DNA of 64,000 nucleotides from Alphaproteobacteria bacterium (GCA_045116295.1 JBGULQ010000012.1:25678-89677); one strand, 5' to 3'. Shown: positions 10,821 to 22,880, counted from the stretch's first letter. Made by a program: numbers and translations. The notes: generated by a model not told the origin, from the sequence alone.

Positions 10821-11735
10821 TTACATCATTCTCTCTAGTGTACGTTTTACAGTATAATAGGCCGTTTGCATTGCAACCAATGATGAGAACAAAGGCAGGC
10901 TCAATATTGTCAGCCAAGAACCCACCGACAGTCTTGCCTCATCAATAATACCGCCCTCGATTTGTCCTGCCAGATGTGCAATCAAAAATATAACCGGCAC
11001 GGCAACCGCTACGCCTATAATTCCGCCGATGACGCCTAGCCATGCAGTTCTTCCGGCGTATTGCTGAGCAATGTATGTATCCTTTGCGCCCATAAGATGC
11101 AAAATCTCTATCACATCTTTATGCAATCCTAGACTGGTCTGTGTTGTATAAAAAATTGCTCCTGACGTAACCCCTATAACCAGTAGCAAAACCGCCAATG
11201 CTAGCACTTTTAAGCCCGCCGCAAAGTTTATCAACTTATTCAGCCACAATTTATGGTTATCAAGCGATGCCTGAGGAGCAACAGAAGCTAGTTTTTCCGC
11301 CAATTGCTTAAAATTAATTTCCGCACCTGACTTCAGTTTAACATCAATCAATCTTGGCATTGGCAACTCATTTATATCAATATCATCACCCAACCATGGC
11401 CGCAACAATCTATGCAACTGATCATCTCTCAGCGGTGTCACTCTCTTGGCTTCCGGCATAGCAGACAACATGGCAACCGCTCGTTGTTCCTGCTCAATTA
11501 TCTCATCACGAGCCTTCTGCCTATCGGCATTGCTGATAGGAACAATCTGAACCGTTAATGACCCCAGAATACTGGCATTCCAATTAACTAGCATTGAGTT
11601 TATTGCTAAAACACCTGCCAACGTAACCGCAAACAGAAACACCGATATTGAAATCATAATTTTCAAAAACAAATTTGAACTATCCTTTGATAGAGGCAGT
11701 TCCTGGTGACGAGAACTCTTAAATTTCCATATCAT
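10821..11735 (-). CDS. ftsX: Cell division permease FtsX
   Basis: Four TM helices, LPMPRLIDV, IEILHLMGA; follows ftsE. Confidence 0.9.
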   Translation of the reverse strand: MIWKFKSSRHQELPLSKDSSNLFLKIMISISVFLFAVTLAGVLAINSMLVNWNASILGSLTVQIVPISNADRQKARDEIIEQEQRAVAMLSAMPEAKRVTPLRDDQLHRLLRPWLGDDIDINELPMPRLIDVKLKSGAEINFKQLAEKLASVAPQASLDNHKLWLNKLINFAAGLKVLALAVLLLVIGVTSGAIFYTTQTSLGLHKDVIEILHLMGAKDTYIAQQYAGRTAWLGVIGGIIGVAVAVPVIFLIAHLAGQIEGGIIDEARLSVGSWLTILSLPLFSSLVAMQTAYYTVKRTLERMM

Positions 11736-12438
11736 TATTTCTCTCTCCTGCTGACACCACCTTCAAATTATGATTTTTCAGGCAAATACATGGGTACTTA
11801 AACTCATTAATTAAATTTTCATTATGAGTTGCAATAACCACGGTCGTTCCTAACTTATTAAGCTCTATAAACAACTTCATCAATTTTGTTGCAATATCAT
11901 TATCCACGTTACCGGTAGGTTCATCCGCTAACAAAATATCCGGCCTGTTTATCACGGCTCGTGCAATAGCTACACGCTGTTTTTCACCACCTGACAGAGT
12001 CGATGTTATTGCTGATGTACTGCGATCTATTTCAACCCATTTCAACAATTCATTAACCCGCTTACGGATCTCCTTTTCGCTCATACCGCTCACACGCAAG
12101 GGCAAAGCCACATTATCAAATGCAGACACATGTTCCAACAAACGGAAATCCTGAAAGACAACTCCGATTCTGCGTCTAAACAAAGATAAGGAATTACGAT
12201 TGGCAAAATTAACATTATTACCAAAAATACTCAAACGCCCGCGACTTGGCTTTTGCCACAGATACATCATACTCAAAAGAGATGTTTTACCCGCACCACT
12301 TTTTCCGGTCAAAAAATGAAAAGAACCGCGCTGCAACGACAAATCTATATTGCTTAAAACTTCCGGTCCCCGTCCGTACCGAATACCAACCTTTTCCAGC
12401 TCGATAATCGGCCCTGTTTCCTGTGTTTCGAACATCAT
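11719..12438 (-). CDS. ftsE: Cell division ATP-binding protein FtsE
   Basis: GKSGAGKT, VVFQDFRLL, LSGGEKQRVAIARA, ADEPTGN. Confidence 0.93.
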   Translation of the reverse strand: MMFETQETGPIIELEKVGIRYGRGPEVLSNIDLSLQRGSFHFLTGKSGAGKTSLLSMMYLWQKPSRGRLSIFGNNVNFANRNSLSLFRRRIGVVFQDFRLLEHVSAFDNVALPLRVSGMSEKEIRKRVNELLKWVEIDRSTSAITSTLSGGEKQRVAIARAVINRPDILLADEPTGNVDNDIATKLMKLFIELNKLGTTVVIATHNENLINEFKYPCICLKNHNLKVVSAGERNNDMEI

Positions 12439-12497
12439 ATCTCCTCAACAATACCAGACCATAGTAATATAATATCCGGTTTAATAAAATATTTTTC

Positions 12498-14228
12498 CTA
12501 TGCCTTGGGCATAACTTCCGGTGCTTCAATCCCCAAAAGATATAAAAGCTTTACCAATACATCCCGTGTCAATTTTGCCAATGCCATTCGCGATCCGGCT
12601 ATCAGTTCATTTTCAGCACCTTTAATCGGCGATGCGTTATAAAAACTGCTGAAAGCCTGCGCCAAATTATATACATAATCAGAAATAATACTCGGCTCCT
12701 TTTCTGCCTCGCAACGCATTATAACGTTGCTCAATTGCGCAATTTTCAATGCCAGATTTCTTTCTTCTGCATTAGTAATCATAATTTTTTGGAGTTTTAT
12801 CTCACTGTTTTTACGCATAACCGAATTTATTCTGGCAATTGCATACTGAATATAAGGACCGGTTTTCCCCTCAAAGTTAGCAAAATCATCCAGCTCAAAA
12901 ATATATCCCGAAGCAATATTGTTCTTCAAATCTTGGAACTTAATTGCTCCTACTGCCACCTGTGAAATCAGTTTATCAAGTTCAGCTTTACTCAAACCAC
13001 TTTCAGCACCGGCCTTGGGCATAGATTCCGCCACTTTTTCTTTTGACAGCTTAATCATATCCGCCAGATTCATCACACCGCCGTCACGGGTCTTAAACGG
13101 TTTTCCATCCGCGCCGTTAACTGTGCCGAAACCGATATGCAACAATTTAACATTTGGCGCAATGCCAAGTTTTTCCACCGTTTCAAAAACTTGCTCAAAG
13201 TGTAAAGATTGACGCTTATCAACAAAATAAACTATTTCATCAGCTTTCAAATCATCAACTCTCATCTTAATTGTTGCAATATCCGTCGCCTGATATGTAA
13301 AACCTCCGTCCGACTTTTCGATAATTACCGGTGGTTTTGGCTTATTTTCCTCATCAAGACGAATAATATAAGCTCCGTCATCATACTCCAACAATCCTTT
13401 ATCTTCTGCAAGTTTTTTAACCTCAAAGCACGTTTTATGCGCATCAGATTCTCCCAACCACAGGTCAAAATGCACACCAAGTTCCTTATAGTTTTCTTTG
13501 ACCGCATCTACCGACACTTTTCTGATATGTTTCCACGCTTTTGTATATTCGGCATCTCCGTCCTGAAATTTTGCGGTAATTATTCTGGCTGTTTCTTTGG
13601 CTTTTTCATCTTCTTTACAGCGAATATTAGCCTTTTTATAAAATGCGGTAATCTCCGCAATATTATAACTTTCCATTTTATCAAGATTGCCGTCATGTTC
13701 GATAACCTCGGCCAAAATCATACCTATAGGTGTACCCCAGTCGCCGAAATGTACATCCGAAATCGGTTTATTCCCGACAAATTCCTCGATTCTACGCATT
13801 GCCTCACCGATAACGCCGGAGCGCAAATGTCCCACATGCATTTCTTTTGCCACATTCGGTCCGCCATAATCCATAACTACGGTTTTTGGCTCTTTAACTT
13901 TTGCACAGCCAAAACGCTCATCACCTGCCATCTCATCCATTACTTTGGCAATGGTTTCATCTTTAAGCGTCAAATTCAAAAACCCCGGCCCGTCAACCGA
14001 GACTTTGGCAAAATCATTGTCTTCGGTCAACTTAGCCGCAATCATTTCACCAATTTGGCGCGGATTCTTTTTTTCAATTTTAGCCAGTGCCAATGCCCCA
14101 TTACACTGAAAATCGCTCAAATCGGGCCGATCAGAATTCTTTACCGTTGCATACTTAGTGTCAAATCCCAAATCTTCAAATATCTTTTCCAGTTTCTTAT
14201 TTATTTTTTCATCTATAATACAAGTCAT
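12498..14228 (-). CDS. argS: Arginine--tRNA ligase
   Basis: PNVAKEMHVGHLRS (HIGH), KPFKTRDG, GPYIQYA. Confidence 0.96.
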   Translation of the reverse strand: MTCIIDEKINKKLEKIFEDLGFDTKYATVKNSDRPDLSDFQCNGALALAKIEKKNPRQIGEMIAAKLTEDNDFAKVSVDGPGFLNLTLKDETIAKVMDEMAGDERFGCAKVKEPKTVVMDYGGPNVAKEMHVGHLRSGVIGEAMRRIEEFVGNKPISDVHFGDWGTPIGMILAEVIEHDGNLDKMESYNIAEITAFYKKANIRCKEDEKAKETARIITAKFQDGDAEYTKAWKHIRKVSVDAVKENYKELGVHFDLWLGESDAHKTCFEVKKLAEDKGLLEYDDGAYIIRLDEENKPKPPVIIEKSDGGFTYQATDIATIKMRVDDLKADEIVYFVDKRQSLHFEQVFETVEKLGIAPNVKLLHIGFGTVNGADGKPFKTRDGGVMNLADMIKLSKEKVAESMPKAGAESGLSKAELDKLISQVAVGAIKFQDLKNNIASGYIFELDDFANFEGKTGPYIQYAIARINSVMRKNSEIKLQKIMITNAEERNLALKIAQLSNVIMRCEAEKEPSIISDYVYNLAQAFSSFYNASPIKGAENELIAGSRMALAKLTRDVLVKLLYLLGIEAPEVMPKA

Positions 14229-14240
14229 TATCTTTTCTCT

Positions 14241-14570
14241 TTATCTTACACATTGAAATTTAGCTTTTGTCGGAGTCATAATTCGGCATGAAAACACCTC
14301 TTCCCCATCAAGTTTTGCAGCCACACCGGTATCATTTTTAACACATTCATCATCAGCCATTTTTTGAATCTCATCAAAACTTGTTTTCCACCCGTTATAG
14401 CACACTACCGGTGCGTCCGGTTTTGAACTTCCGACATACAAATTATCTTTAGGTCTTCCGGCTTCTCGTCGTCGATCAACAAAAGGCTCTGTCAACGAAC
14501 AAGCTCCCACAGCAAACAATAGCATACACAAAACGCCAAATTTTACCCTAGACAATTTTAAAATCTCCAT
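14241..14570 (-). CDS. Hypothetical lipoprotein
   Basis: Lipobox AVGAC followed by a Cys-containing domain; start placed at the internal Met (MEILK). Confidence 0.65.
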   Translation of the reverse strand: MEILKLSRVKFGVLCMLLFAVGACSLTEPFVDRRREAGRPKDNLYVGSSKPDAPVVCYNGWKTSFDEIQKMADDECVKNDTGVAAKLDGEEVFSCRIMTPTKAKFQCVR

Positions 14571-14615
14571 TACATTAAAAACACTGCCTAACAATTTAAT
14601 ATGAAGAAGTAAAAA

Positions 14616-15221
14616 ATGCAAAGCCAAAATAAATATATTGGTGATGATAAATTCACAAAACTGCTTGAACACTACCAGTGCCCAGCAAAATTGCCATTAA
14701 TAAAACTTCGTTTTGCCGGAGCTATCTGTAGCCCCAATCTCGATTTACGCCCCACTGATGTTATATCGTCTCTTTGGCCGCAAAATCAACAACCGCGCTT
14801 ACAAACAAAAGAAGAGGCCGAACTGTTTTTCAAATTTTTTATGGGACTATGGAACGACATATTTGAACAGGTCAAACTCAACAAAATTGAACTTCCGCTG
14901 TTCAAAATAAAAACCGATAATGACATTATCTCGACTTGCATTGAGCGTCATGAACTGGTAGAAAACGGCTGGCTTGAAGGTTTTTGGGGCGGATGTAAAA
15001 ATATACAATGTCCAAATTACATCGCCCAAATTCTCGATTCTCTTTCCGACTTAGCCACTCTTTATGAACAACTTGCAACTCGACAACTCAAAAATTCTGA
15101 ATTTGATAATCTGGTCAAAACAATTAACCATACAGATAAAATGGTCAATCGTTCTATTGCCTTCATCATTGAAAATTACGTCTTACCGCGCTTTGAACAA
15201 ATTCAATCAAAAATAAATTAG
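14616..15221 (+). CDS. UPF0149/YecA-like protein
   Basis: 201-aa ORF, RFAGAICSP...EEAELFFKFFMGLWN pattern. Confidence 0.55.
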   Translation: MQSQNKYIGDDKFTKLLEHYQCPAKLPLIKLRFAGAICSPNLDLRPTDVISSLWPQNQQPRLQTKEEAELFFKFFMGLWNDIFEQVKLNKIELPLFKIKTDNDIISTCIERHELVENGWLEGFWGGCKNIQCPNYIAQILDSLSDLATLYEQLATRQLKNSEFDNLVKTINHTDKMVNRSIAFIIENYVLPRFEQIQSKIN

Positions 15222-15230
15222 GAGTAAAAT

Positions 15231-15764
15231 ATGGAATTATATCAAGGACTTTTAACCAGACGTTCTATTCGTAAATATAAAAACCAAAAAATTTCTAGAC
15301 AAGATCTTGAGGACATAATCAAGGCTGCTCAACACGCTCCTTCTGCCCATAACAAGCAACCGTGGGAATTTTTGGTTATTGAAGATCAACCGACACTGAG
15401 TTCGCTTCGCTCTGTTCAGCGTTGGACATCCTTTGCTAAAGAAGCCCCCTGTGCAATTATTGTTTGCGGTAACATCGAACAAACATTCAGCCGTGATAAA
15501 GATGATGAAAAATGGGATTACGCAGACATTGATTGCTCTCTTGCCGCAGAAAATCTCATGCTTGCCGCTCATGCCAAAGGCATAGGCACTTGTTTCTGCG
15601 GAGCCTCACCGATGCCCCTTGTTGTAGATGGACTGCGAGAACTTTTAGGATTGCCCCAAAACATCCGTCCGGTAGCAATCATAATTATGGGATATCCTGA
15701 TGAAACTCCGCCTCAACCCGAAAATCGCTATAACCCCAACAAAATTCATTGGGGAAAATGGTAA
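15231..15764 (+). CDS. Nitroreductase family protein
   Basis: RRSIRKY, APSAHNKQPWEF, ENLMLAAHAKGIGTC. Confidence 0.92.
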   Translation: MELYQGLLTRRSIRKYKNQKISRQDLEDIIKAAQHAPSAHNKQPWEFLVIEDQPTLSSLRSVQRWTSFAKEAPCAIIVCGNIEQTFSRDKDDEKWDYADIDCSLAAENLMLAAHAKGIGTCFCGASPMPLVVDGLRELLGLPQNIRPVAIIIMGYPDETPPQPENRYNPNKIHWGKW

Positions 15765-16385
15765 TCAGATAATTCCCATTTTTTGTGCCGTTATAACCGC
15801 CTGAGTGCGGTTATTGGCACCGACAGAACGTAATAAGGCATTTATATGCAATTTTACCGTTGCCTCCGAAACACCGATTTCGTAGGCAATTTGCTTGTTT
15901 GATAATCCCTGCGCCACCAAATTCAAAACTTGATTTTGCCTGTTAGTCAACACTTTAGAAGTACGTCCTTCAAAAGCAGATGAATTTTTACTGAGCAAGA
16001 CCGGCGGAATATATGTACCACCCTCAACAATTAACTTCAGCGCATTCAACAAAATTTTACTATCCGAACGCTTGCTGATATATCCACGCACTCCTTTCTC
16101 AAGAGCATTTCTTATATTTCTTGGATTCTCAACTGCTGATACAACCACCAGATTTGCATTGCCCGACAGCTTTTTCAATTCGTCGATTCCTTGTTCCCAT
16201 GATGGCAAATCGTGCATTTCCAAATCCACAATAACCATATCAAAATGTGGCTCAGAAGCCAGAATCTTTAGTGTTTGAAGATAGTTTGCCGCCTGCACAA
16301 CCGTAGCCGAATTATCAAGGCTCTCAATCAACTTTCCCAATGCATCGCGAAAAAGTGCATGGTCATCAGCAATTAAAACTTTCAT
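15765..16385 (-). CDS. NarL/LuxR-family response regulator (no adjacent kinase)
   Basis: IADDH receiver domain; LTNRQ...GLSNKQIA...TVKLH HTH. Confidence 0.93.
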   Translation of the reverse strand: MKVLIADDHALFRDALGKLIESLDNSATVVQAANYLQTLKILASEPHFDMVIVDLEMHDLPSWEQGIDELKKLSGNANLVVVSAVENPRNIRNALEKGVRGYISKRSDSKILLNALKLIVEGGTYIPPVLLSKNSSAFEGRTSKVLTNRQNQVLNLVAQGLSNKQIAYEIGVSEATVKLHINALLRSVGANNRTQAVITAQKMGII

Positions 16386-16472
16386 AAAACCTCCTCAAAA
16401 CTCAATTATCTGCTATAAAAACTTCAACAAATGTAATCACTTAACATACATGTTTAAAGAGGCTTAAGAAGT

Positions 16473-16928
16473 TTATTTTAAGATTTTATACTCCACTCCG
16501 GCTTCCTGAAACATTTGCTCAGAATAGCCGAGTTTATCGCGCCAAGTTCCGGTTGGTGTATTGCCATCAATCTTCATCTCATTGGTAACCACCATCTTAA
16601 TTCCGGCCTGAATAATTGCCCGCGCACAGTCTGTACAAGGAGGATGTGTCGCATAGAGTACACATCCTTTCAAACTCGTACCCGTCAAACAAGCATTATA
16701 TATTGCATTGCGCTCTGCATGCTCAAAAAAATCATACTTAGTCGGACGCTCTAACCTTTCGGGAATATTGTCATCGACCCCGCGAACCAGACCGTTATAA
16801 CCGGTTGCCCTTATTTCTCTATCAGGTCCGACAACAACAGCACCGGTTTTGGTGCTTGTATCTTTTGACCAGCTGGCAATCATTTTTGCCAGTTCCATAA
16901 AACGATAATGCCATTTTTCCGAGAACAT
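16473..16928 (-). CDS. dCMP deaminase family protein
   Basis: WSKD, TGYNG, HAERNAI, PCTDCARAIIQAGI. Confidence 0.9.
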   Translation of the reverse strand: MFSEKWHYRFMELAKMIASWSKDTSTKTGAVVVGPDREIRATGYNGLVRGVDDNIPERLERPTKYDFFEHAERNAIYNACLTGTSLKGCVLYATHPPCTDCARAIIQAGIKMVVTNEMKIDGNTPTGTWRDKLGYSEQMFQEAGVEYKILK

Positions 16929-17074
16929 ATTTTTGCTCCTTTCGGTTTGTTATAACAAAAATTCTAGATACTTCTTATAGTTAGAGCAAATATTTTTTGC
17001 AAAGTTTTAACAAAAACTAAAGCCGACTATTGACAAATGCCTTAAAATAGCCGACTACTATTCTAGTTTTATAA

Positions 17075-18370
<1,296 letters not shown>

Positions 18371-18388
18371 TCTTTCAAGATTCGCATC

Positions 18389-18422
18389 AAAAAAAGCACC
18401 GTCCAAACCCGGTGCTTTTTTT
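18389..18422 (+). terminator. eno terminator
   Basis: AAAAAAAGCACCG-loop-CGGTGCTTTTTTT. Confidence 0.85.
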
Positions 18423-18450
18423 AATGCAATTTTTGCAACATTAATAAATA

Positions 18451-18479
18451 TTGACATTATCCAAACATCTAAATAGTAT
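18451..18479 (+). promoter_or_regulatory. Sigma70-type promoter
   Basis: TTGACA-17 nt-TAGTAT. Confidence 0.75.
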
Positions 18480-18485
18480 CAAATC

Positions 18486-18675
18486 AGACAGGGTGATGAA
18501 CCTGTTCGAGGTGTGGAAACCTCCTACCTAGCGTCCTGTGTAAAGACGTAAAATTGCACGCCTTCTGGTCATTCGACTGGAAGGCGGCAAAATAAGCTGT
18601 TTTCAGCCAATATGTCGCACTATCTAGGTATAGTTTCCAACTTCCAGTCGCTTCTCATCAAAGCGACTTTTTTTA
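18486..18675 (+). ncRNA. Structured RNA resembling phage C4 antisense RNA with upstream a1/b1-like targets
   Basis: Several perfect or near-perfect helices (CGACTGGAAG/CTTCCAGTCG; ACTAT-CTAGGT-ATAGT; TTTCCA complementary to upstream TGGAAA), lying between a promoter and a terminator. Confidence 0.55.
18646..18675 (+). terminator. Intrinsic terminator upstream of the lipoprotein gene
   Basis: AGTCGCTT-ctcatca-AAGCGACT then a T-run. Confidence 0.7.
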
Positions 18676-18698
18676 TAACATTATAAGGAAGTAAAACT

Positions 18699-19292
18699 AT
18701 GAGAAAAATTTATTTAACCAGTATCGTTTTAGCACTCGCTGCTTGTGGCACAGTTTTCAGCGGTACTACCCAAGATATCAGCTTTGATTCAAACATCAAA
18801 GAAGTATCGGTCTATATCGATGGTGCTTTCGCTTGTAAAACTCCTTGTGTTTATCCTGCAGAGCGAGCATCCGGCAGCATATCCATTGTTGGCAAAAAGG
18901 AAGGATATGAAGATGTCGGAATGTCTATTAAATCAAAACTAAATCCGGCGGCAATCGGCAATATTACCTTTATCTACAGTTGGACTACTGACCTCGTTGA
19001 CGGGGCTATGTGGAAATATCGCCAAGATGGCGTTTACCTCAATATGGAAAAGAAAAATATGACCAAAGCCGAAAAAGAAGAATTTCACCGTAGCTCCCAA
19101 ATTAAAAGATTCGTTCTGTTTAATTACCCAGATTTAAAAAACGAGGCTTTTTCAGATGACTTTAACGGACAATATTTACAAAGTCTATCAGAGCTAAGCA
19201 GAAAAACTCCTCAAAACTTAAGCACTCAAATAAAACTTTCACAAAACGAGATTGACTGTGCTAATATTTTAAGCTCAAAACTCGGAGAATGA
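18699..19292 (+). CDS. Hypothetical lipoprotein (PEGA-like N-terminal domain)
   Basis: Lipobox LAAC, GTTQDISFDSN..VYIDG..CKTPC..KEGY pattern. Confidence 0.75.
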   Translation: MRKIYLTSIVLALAACGTVFSGTTQDISFDSNIKEVSVYIDGAFACKTPCVYPAERASGSISIVGKKEGYEDVGMSIKSKLNPAAIGNITFIYSWTTDLVDGAMWKYRQDGVYLNMEKKNMTKAEKEEFHRSSQIKRFVLFNYPDLKNEAFSDDFNGQYLQSLSELSRKTPQNLSTQIKLSQNEIDCANILSSKLGE

Positions 19293-19545
19293 CCTAAATA
19301 ATAAGAAACGCTTTACCTTTAAACGCGAAGAACCGTTTAGATAAAGTCAAAATAAAAAGAGGAAAAATTTTAGTGTACCCAGTAGTACATGAATTTTTCC
19401 TCTTGTCTAATGCTTAAAAAACTCGGAGAACGAGTCAAATAATAAGAAACGCTTTACCTTAAAACGCGAAGAACCGTTTAGATAAAGTCAAAATAAAAAG
19501 AGGAAAAATTTTAGTGTACCCAGTAGTACATGAATTTTTCCTCTT
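19277..19545. repeat. Tandem direct duplication, period 141 bp
   Basis: 19277-19404 is nearly identical to 19418-19545. Confidence 0.92.
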
Positions 19546-19572
19546 TGAAATTTTGGCTTTAGATGAGCGGTT
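19472..19572. repeat. ~100-bp palindromic element (RPE/MITE-like)
   Basis: AACCG...AAAGTCAAAAT..AAAGAGGAAAAATT..TGTAC-loop-GTACA..AATTTTTCCTCTTT..ATTTTGGCTTT...CGGTT. Confidence 0.7.
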
Positions 19573-20782
19573 ATGCGCGTTTTAATACGGCAACTCCGGG
19601 CAACTCCTTCCCTTCCATCCACTCCAAAAACGCACCGCCGGCAGTAGAAATATAGGTAAATTTCTTGGCCACACCGGCATTTTCCAAAGCTGAAACCGTA
19701 TCACCACCACCGGCAACTGACATCAACTTTCCGGCAGATGTCAACTCAGCAGCATGCTGTGCAACTTTGTTTGTAGCATTGTCAAACGGCTTCATTTCAA
19801 ATACGCCGAGAGGTCCGTTCCATACAAGAGTTTTGCACTCATCAAGTTTAGCATTGATTGCAGCAATTGTTTTTTCACCAACATCGAGCAGGCTCCATCC
19901 CTCTGCCGGAATTTCGCCTAAATCAACGGTCTTGTGCTCAGCGTTTGGCTTAAATTCTTTAGAAACTACGACATCAGCAGGCAGGATAATTTCACAATTA
20001 TTTGCCTTTGCAACTTTCATAATTTCCTTAGCCGTATCAATCATATCCATTTGCACCAGAGAATTAGCTTCATTCACGGTATCAATTCCGCTGGCTTTCA
20101 TAAATGTGTGTGCCATACCGCCGGAAATTACCAATTTATCAACTTTTTTGACCAGATTATTCAGCAAGTCGAGTTTTGTTGAAACCTTAGAACCGCCTAC
20201 AACGGCAATCAACGGTCTTGTCGGATTAGATAATGCACTTTCAAGAGCCTTAACTTCCTCTTCCATCAAACGACCCATTGCGGACGGACGCTCTTTGACT
20301 GCTGCAACCATAGATGCATGAGCGCGATGTGCCGTTGAAAAAGCGTCAGAGACATAGACATCGGCAGGTTTAACCAATTCCTTGGCAAAATTCTCATCAC
20401 CTTTCTTTTCTTCATCATAAAAACGCAGATTTTCGAGCAACAAAACTTCATCATTACTCATTTTAGCAACTGCATTACTAACTTTTTCGCCAATACAATC
20501 ATCAACAAAAACGACTTTTTTGCCCAAAGCCTTTTCCAACTCTTTAACAATATGCTGCAAAGAGTTTTTGGTATCGCCCTTGCCTTCCGGACGTCCAAAG
20601 TGAGATATAACCACAACCTTTGCACCTTTGCTCATCAATTCCTTGATTGTTGGTACAGTGCGTACAATACGTGCATTATTTGTAACCTCAAAATTTTCAT
20701 TCATCGGCACATTGAGGTCGGCGCGCAACATTGCAACTTTACCCTGCAAATTGCCTAAATCTTCAATTGTTCTATAATTCAT
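19571..20782 (-). CDS. pgk: Phosphoglycerate kinase
   Basis: RADLNVP, SHFGRP, LLENLRF, STAGGAFLEWMEG. Confidence 0.98.
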   Translation of the reverse strand: MNYRTIEDLGNLQGKVAMLRADLNVPMNENFEVTNNARIVRTVPTIKELMSKGAKVVVISHFGRPEGKGDTKNSLQHIVKELEKALGKKVVFVDDCIGEKVSNAVAKMSNDEVLLLENLRFYDEEKKGDENFAKELVKPADVYVSDAFSTAHRAHASMVAAVKERPSAMGRLMEEEVKALESALSNPTRPLIAVVGGSKVSTKLDLLNNLVKKVDKLVISGGMAHTFMKASGIDTVNEANSLVQMDMIDTAKEIMKVAKANNCEIILPADVVVSKEFKPNAEHKTVDLGEIPAEGWSLLDVGEKTIAAINAKLDECKTLVWNGPLGVFEMKPFDNATNKVAQHAAELTSAGKLMSVAGGGDTVSALENAGVAKKFTYISTAGGAFLEWMEGKELPGVAVLKRA

Positions 20783-20856
20783 TTACATATCCTCTAAATT
20801 TTAAACATAGACCGGCAGGTTTATTCTGCCGGCCATGTTTTGCATAAAAATTAAAA

Positions 20857-21912
<1,056 letters not shown>

Positions 21913-22185
21913 TTAAAAATTTTTCGCCCTCAATTTAACACGAATTGATTCATTTTCAAGCGATTTTTATACATCAAATAACAGACTTTTACACAAAAAC
22001 ACTTTACACCCCTTAAATTCTTGTCTATATTGCACACACAAAATCATTATTAACTTTAACTTATCAATATTATTATGAAAGCAGGAGAGACCCTCTTCTC
22101 GTTAAAGCCGAGAAATATGCATTATGTTAGCGATTAAAATTACATAGATGATATTTTTAACATAACTAATGATGAGTGATAATTT

Positions 22186-22335
22186 ATGACACCCTATTAT
22201 GTTCAAGGAGTGGGTTACTGCGTAACCTGTTCCCAGTGCGGCGAATTAGCCGAGCAAACCGGACATGACACGTTCTTTTGTAAAAATTGTGAATTAACAT
22301 ACCACTGTTCACGAACTACACAAAGGAAACACTGA
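22186..22335 (+). CDS. Small zinc-ribbon protein (49 aa), absent from the ORF track
   Basis: MTPYYVQGVGYCVTCSQCGELAEQTGHDTFFCKNCELTYHCSRTTQRKH; two CxxC motifs; a terminator follows. Confidence 0.55.
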   Translation: MTPYYVQGVGYCVTCSQCGELAEQTGHDTFFCKNCELTYHCSRTTQRKH

Positions 22336-22340
22336 TTTCT

Positions 22341-22378
22341 CAAAAATCCGCCGAGGCTCCCCCCTCTGCGGATTTTTG
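22341..22378 (+). terminator. Terminator after the small zinc-ribbon ORF
   Basis: CAAAAATCCGC...GCGGATTTTTG. Confidence 0.65.
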
Positions 22379-22423
22379 ATTATTACAACTATTACTTACC
22401 TAAAAAACATGATTTAACTTTTA

Positions 22424-22467
22424 AAAACCGCAAGCGGTGGAAAATAATTCCACCGCTTGCCAGTTTT
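22424..22467 (-). terminator. Hairpin/terminator after ORF 22473-22880
   Basis: GCAAGCGGTGGAA-aataa-TTCCACCGCTTGC. Confidence 0.65.
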
Positions 22468-22472
22468 AAGCA

Positions 22473-22880
22473 TTACTTCTGCTCTTCGCTATGCTGTTCA
22501 TCGTTTTTATCAAGTTCACCATCGGCAATCACCTGTGCAATGAAATAGAGTGACATCGCACAAAGCTCACAAAGCAAGACTCCCTCGAGATCTTGAACCC
22601 ATTCCAATTGCTTGGCAAACGCATATGTCCACACTAATAAGCCACATATATTCACGCGCCGAGACGAACCTAGCGTATTTGTTGCCAAGTACATCGAGAA
22701 AACTCCTCCACAGAGCCAAAATGTTGCCATAAATGGCTCTCTAGCATAAGGCAACATAAGCACCGCTACCACAACTGCAACAATACTCACATACACAAGA
22801 ACAGCAATCCTGTTTTTCTTTCCTTCCTTCATAGCATAATAATTTATAATTAATATTCGTTTACTTTTATATTTTACCAC
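22473..22880 (-). CDS. Hypothetical membrane protein (~4 TM)
   Basis: Hydrophobic segments; the real start may be the later Met (MKEGKK). Confidence 0.55.
   Translation of the reverse strand: MVKYKSKRILIINYYAMKEGKKNRIAVLVYVSIVAVVVAVLMLPYAREPFMATFWLCGGVFSMYLATNTLGSSRRVNICGLLVWTYAFAKQLEWVQDLEGVLLCELCAMSLYFIAQVIADGELDKNDEQHSEEQK

Noticed and set aside
13209-14291. 360-aa plus-strand ORF
   Set aside because: Antisense shadow of argS with no recognisable motifs
18486-18675. 6S RNA, tmRNA piece or known metabolite riboswitch
   Set aside because: Size fits 6S, but the pairings give a multibranch fold with self-complementary loop/target boxes; no tmRNA tRNA-like end or riboswitch consensus recognised. 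Not formally excluded without cmsearch
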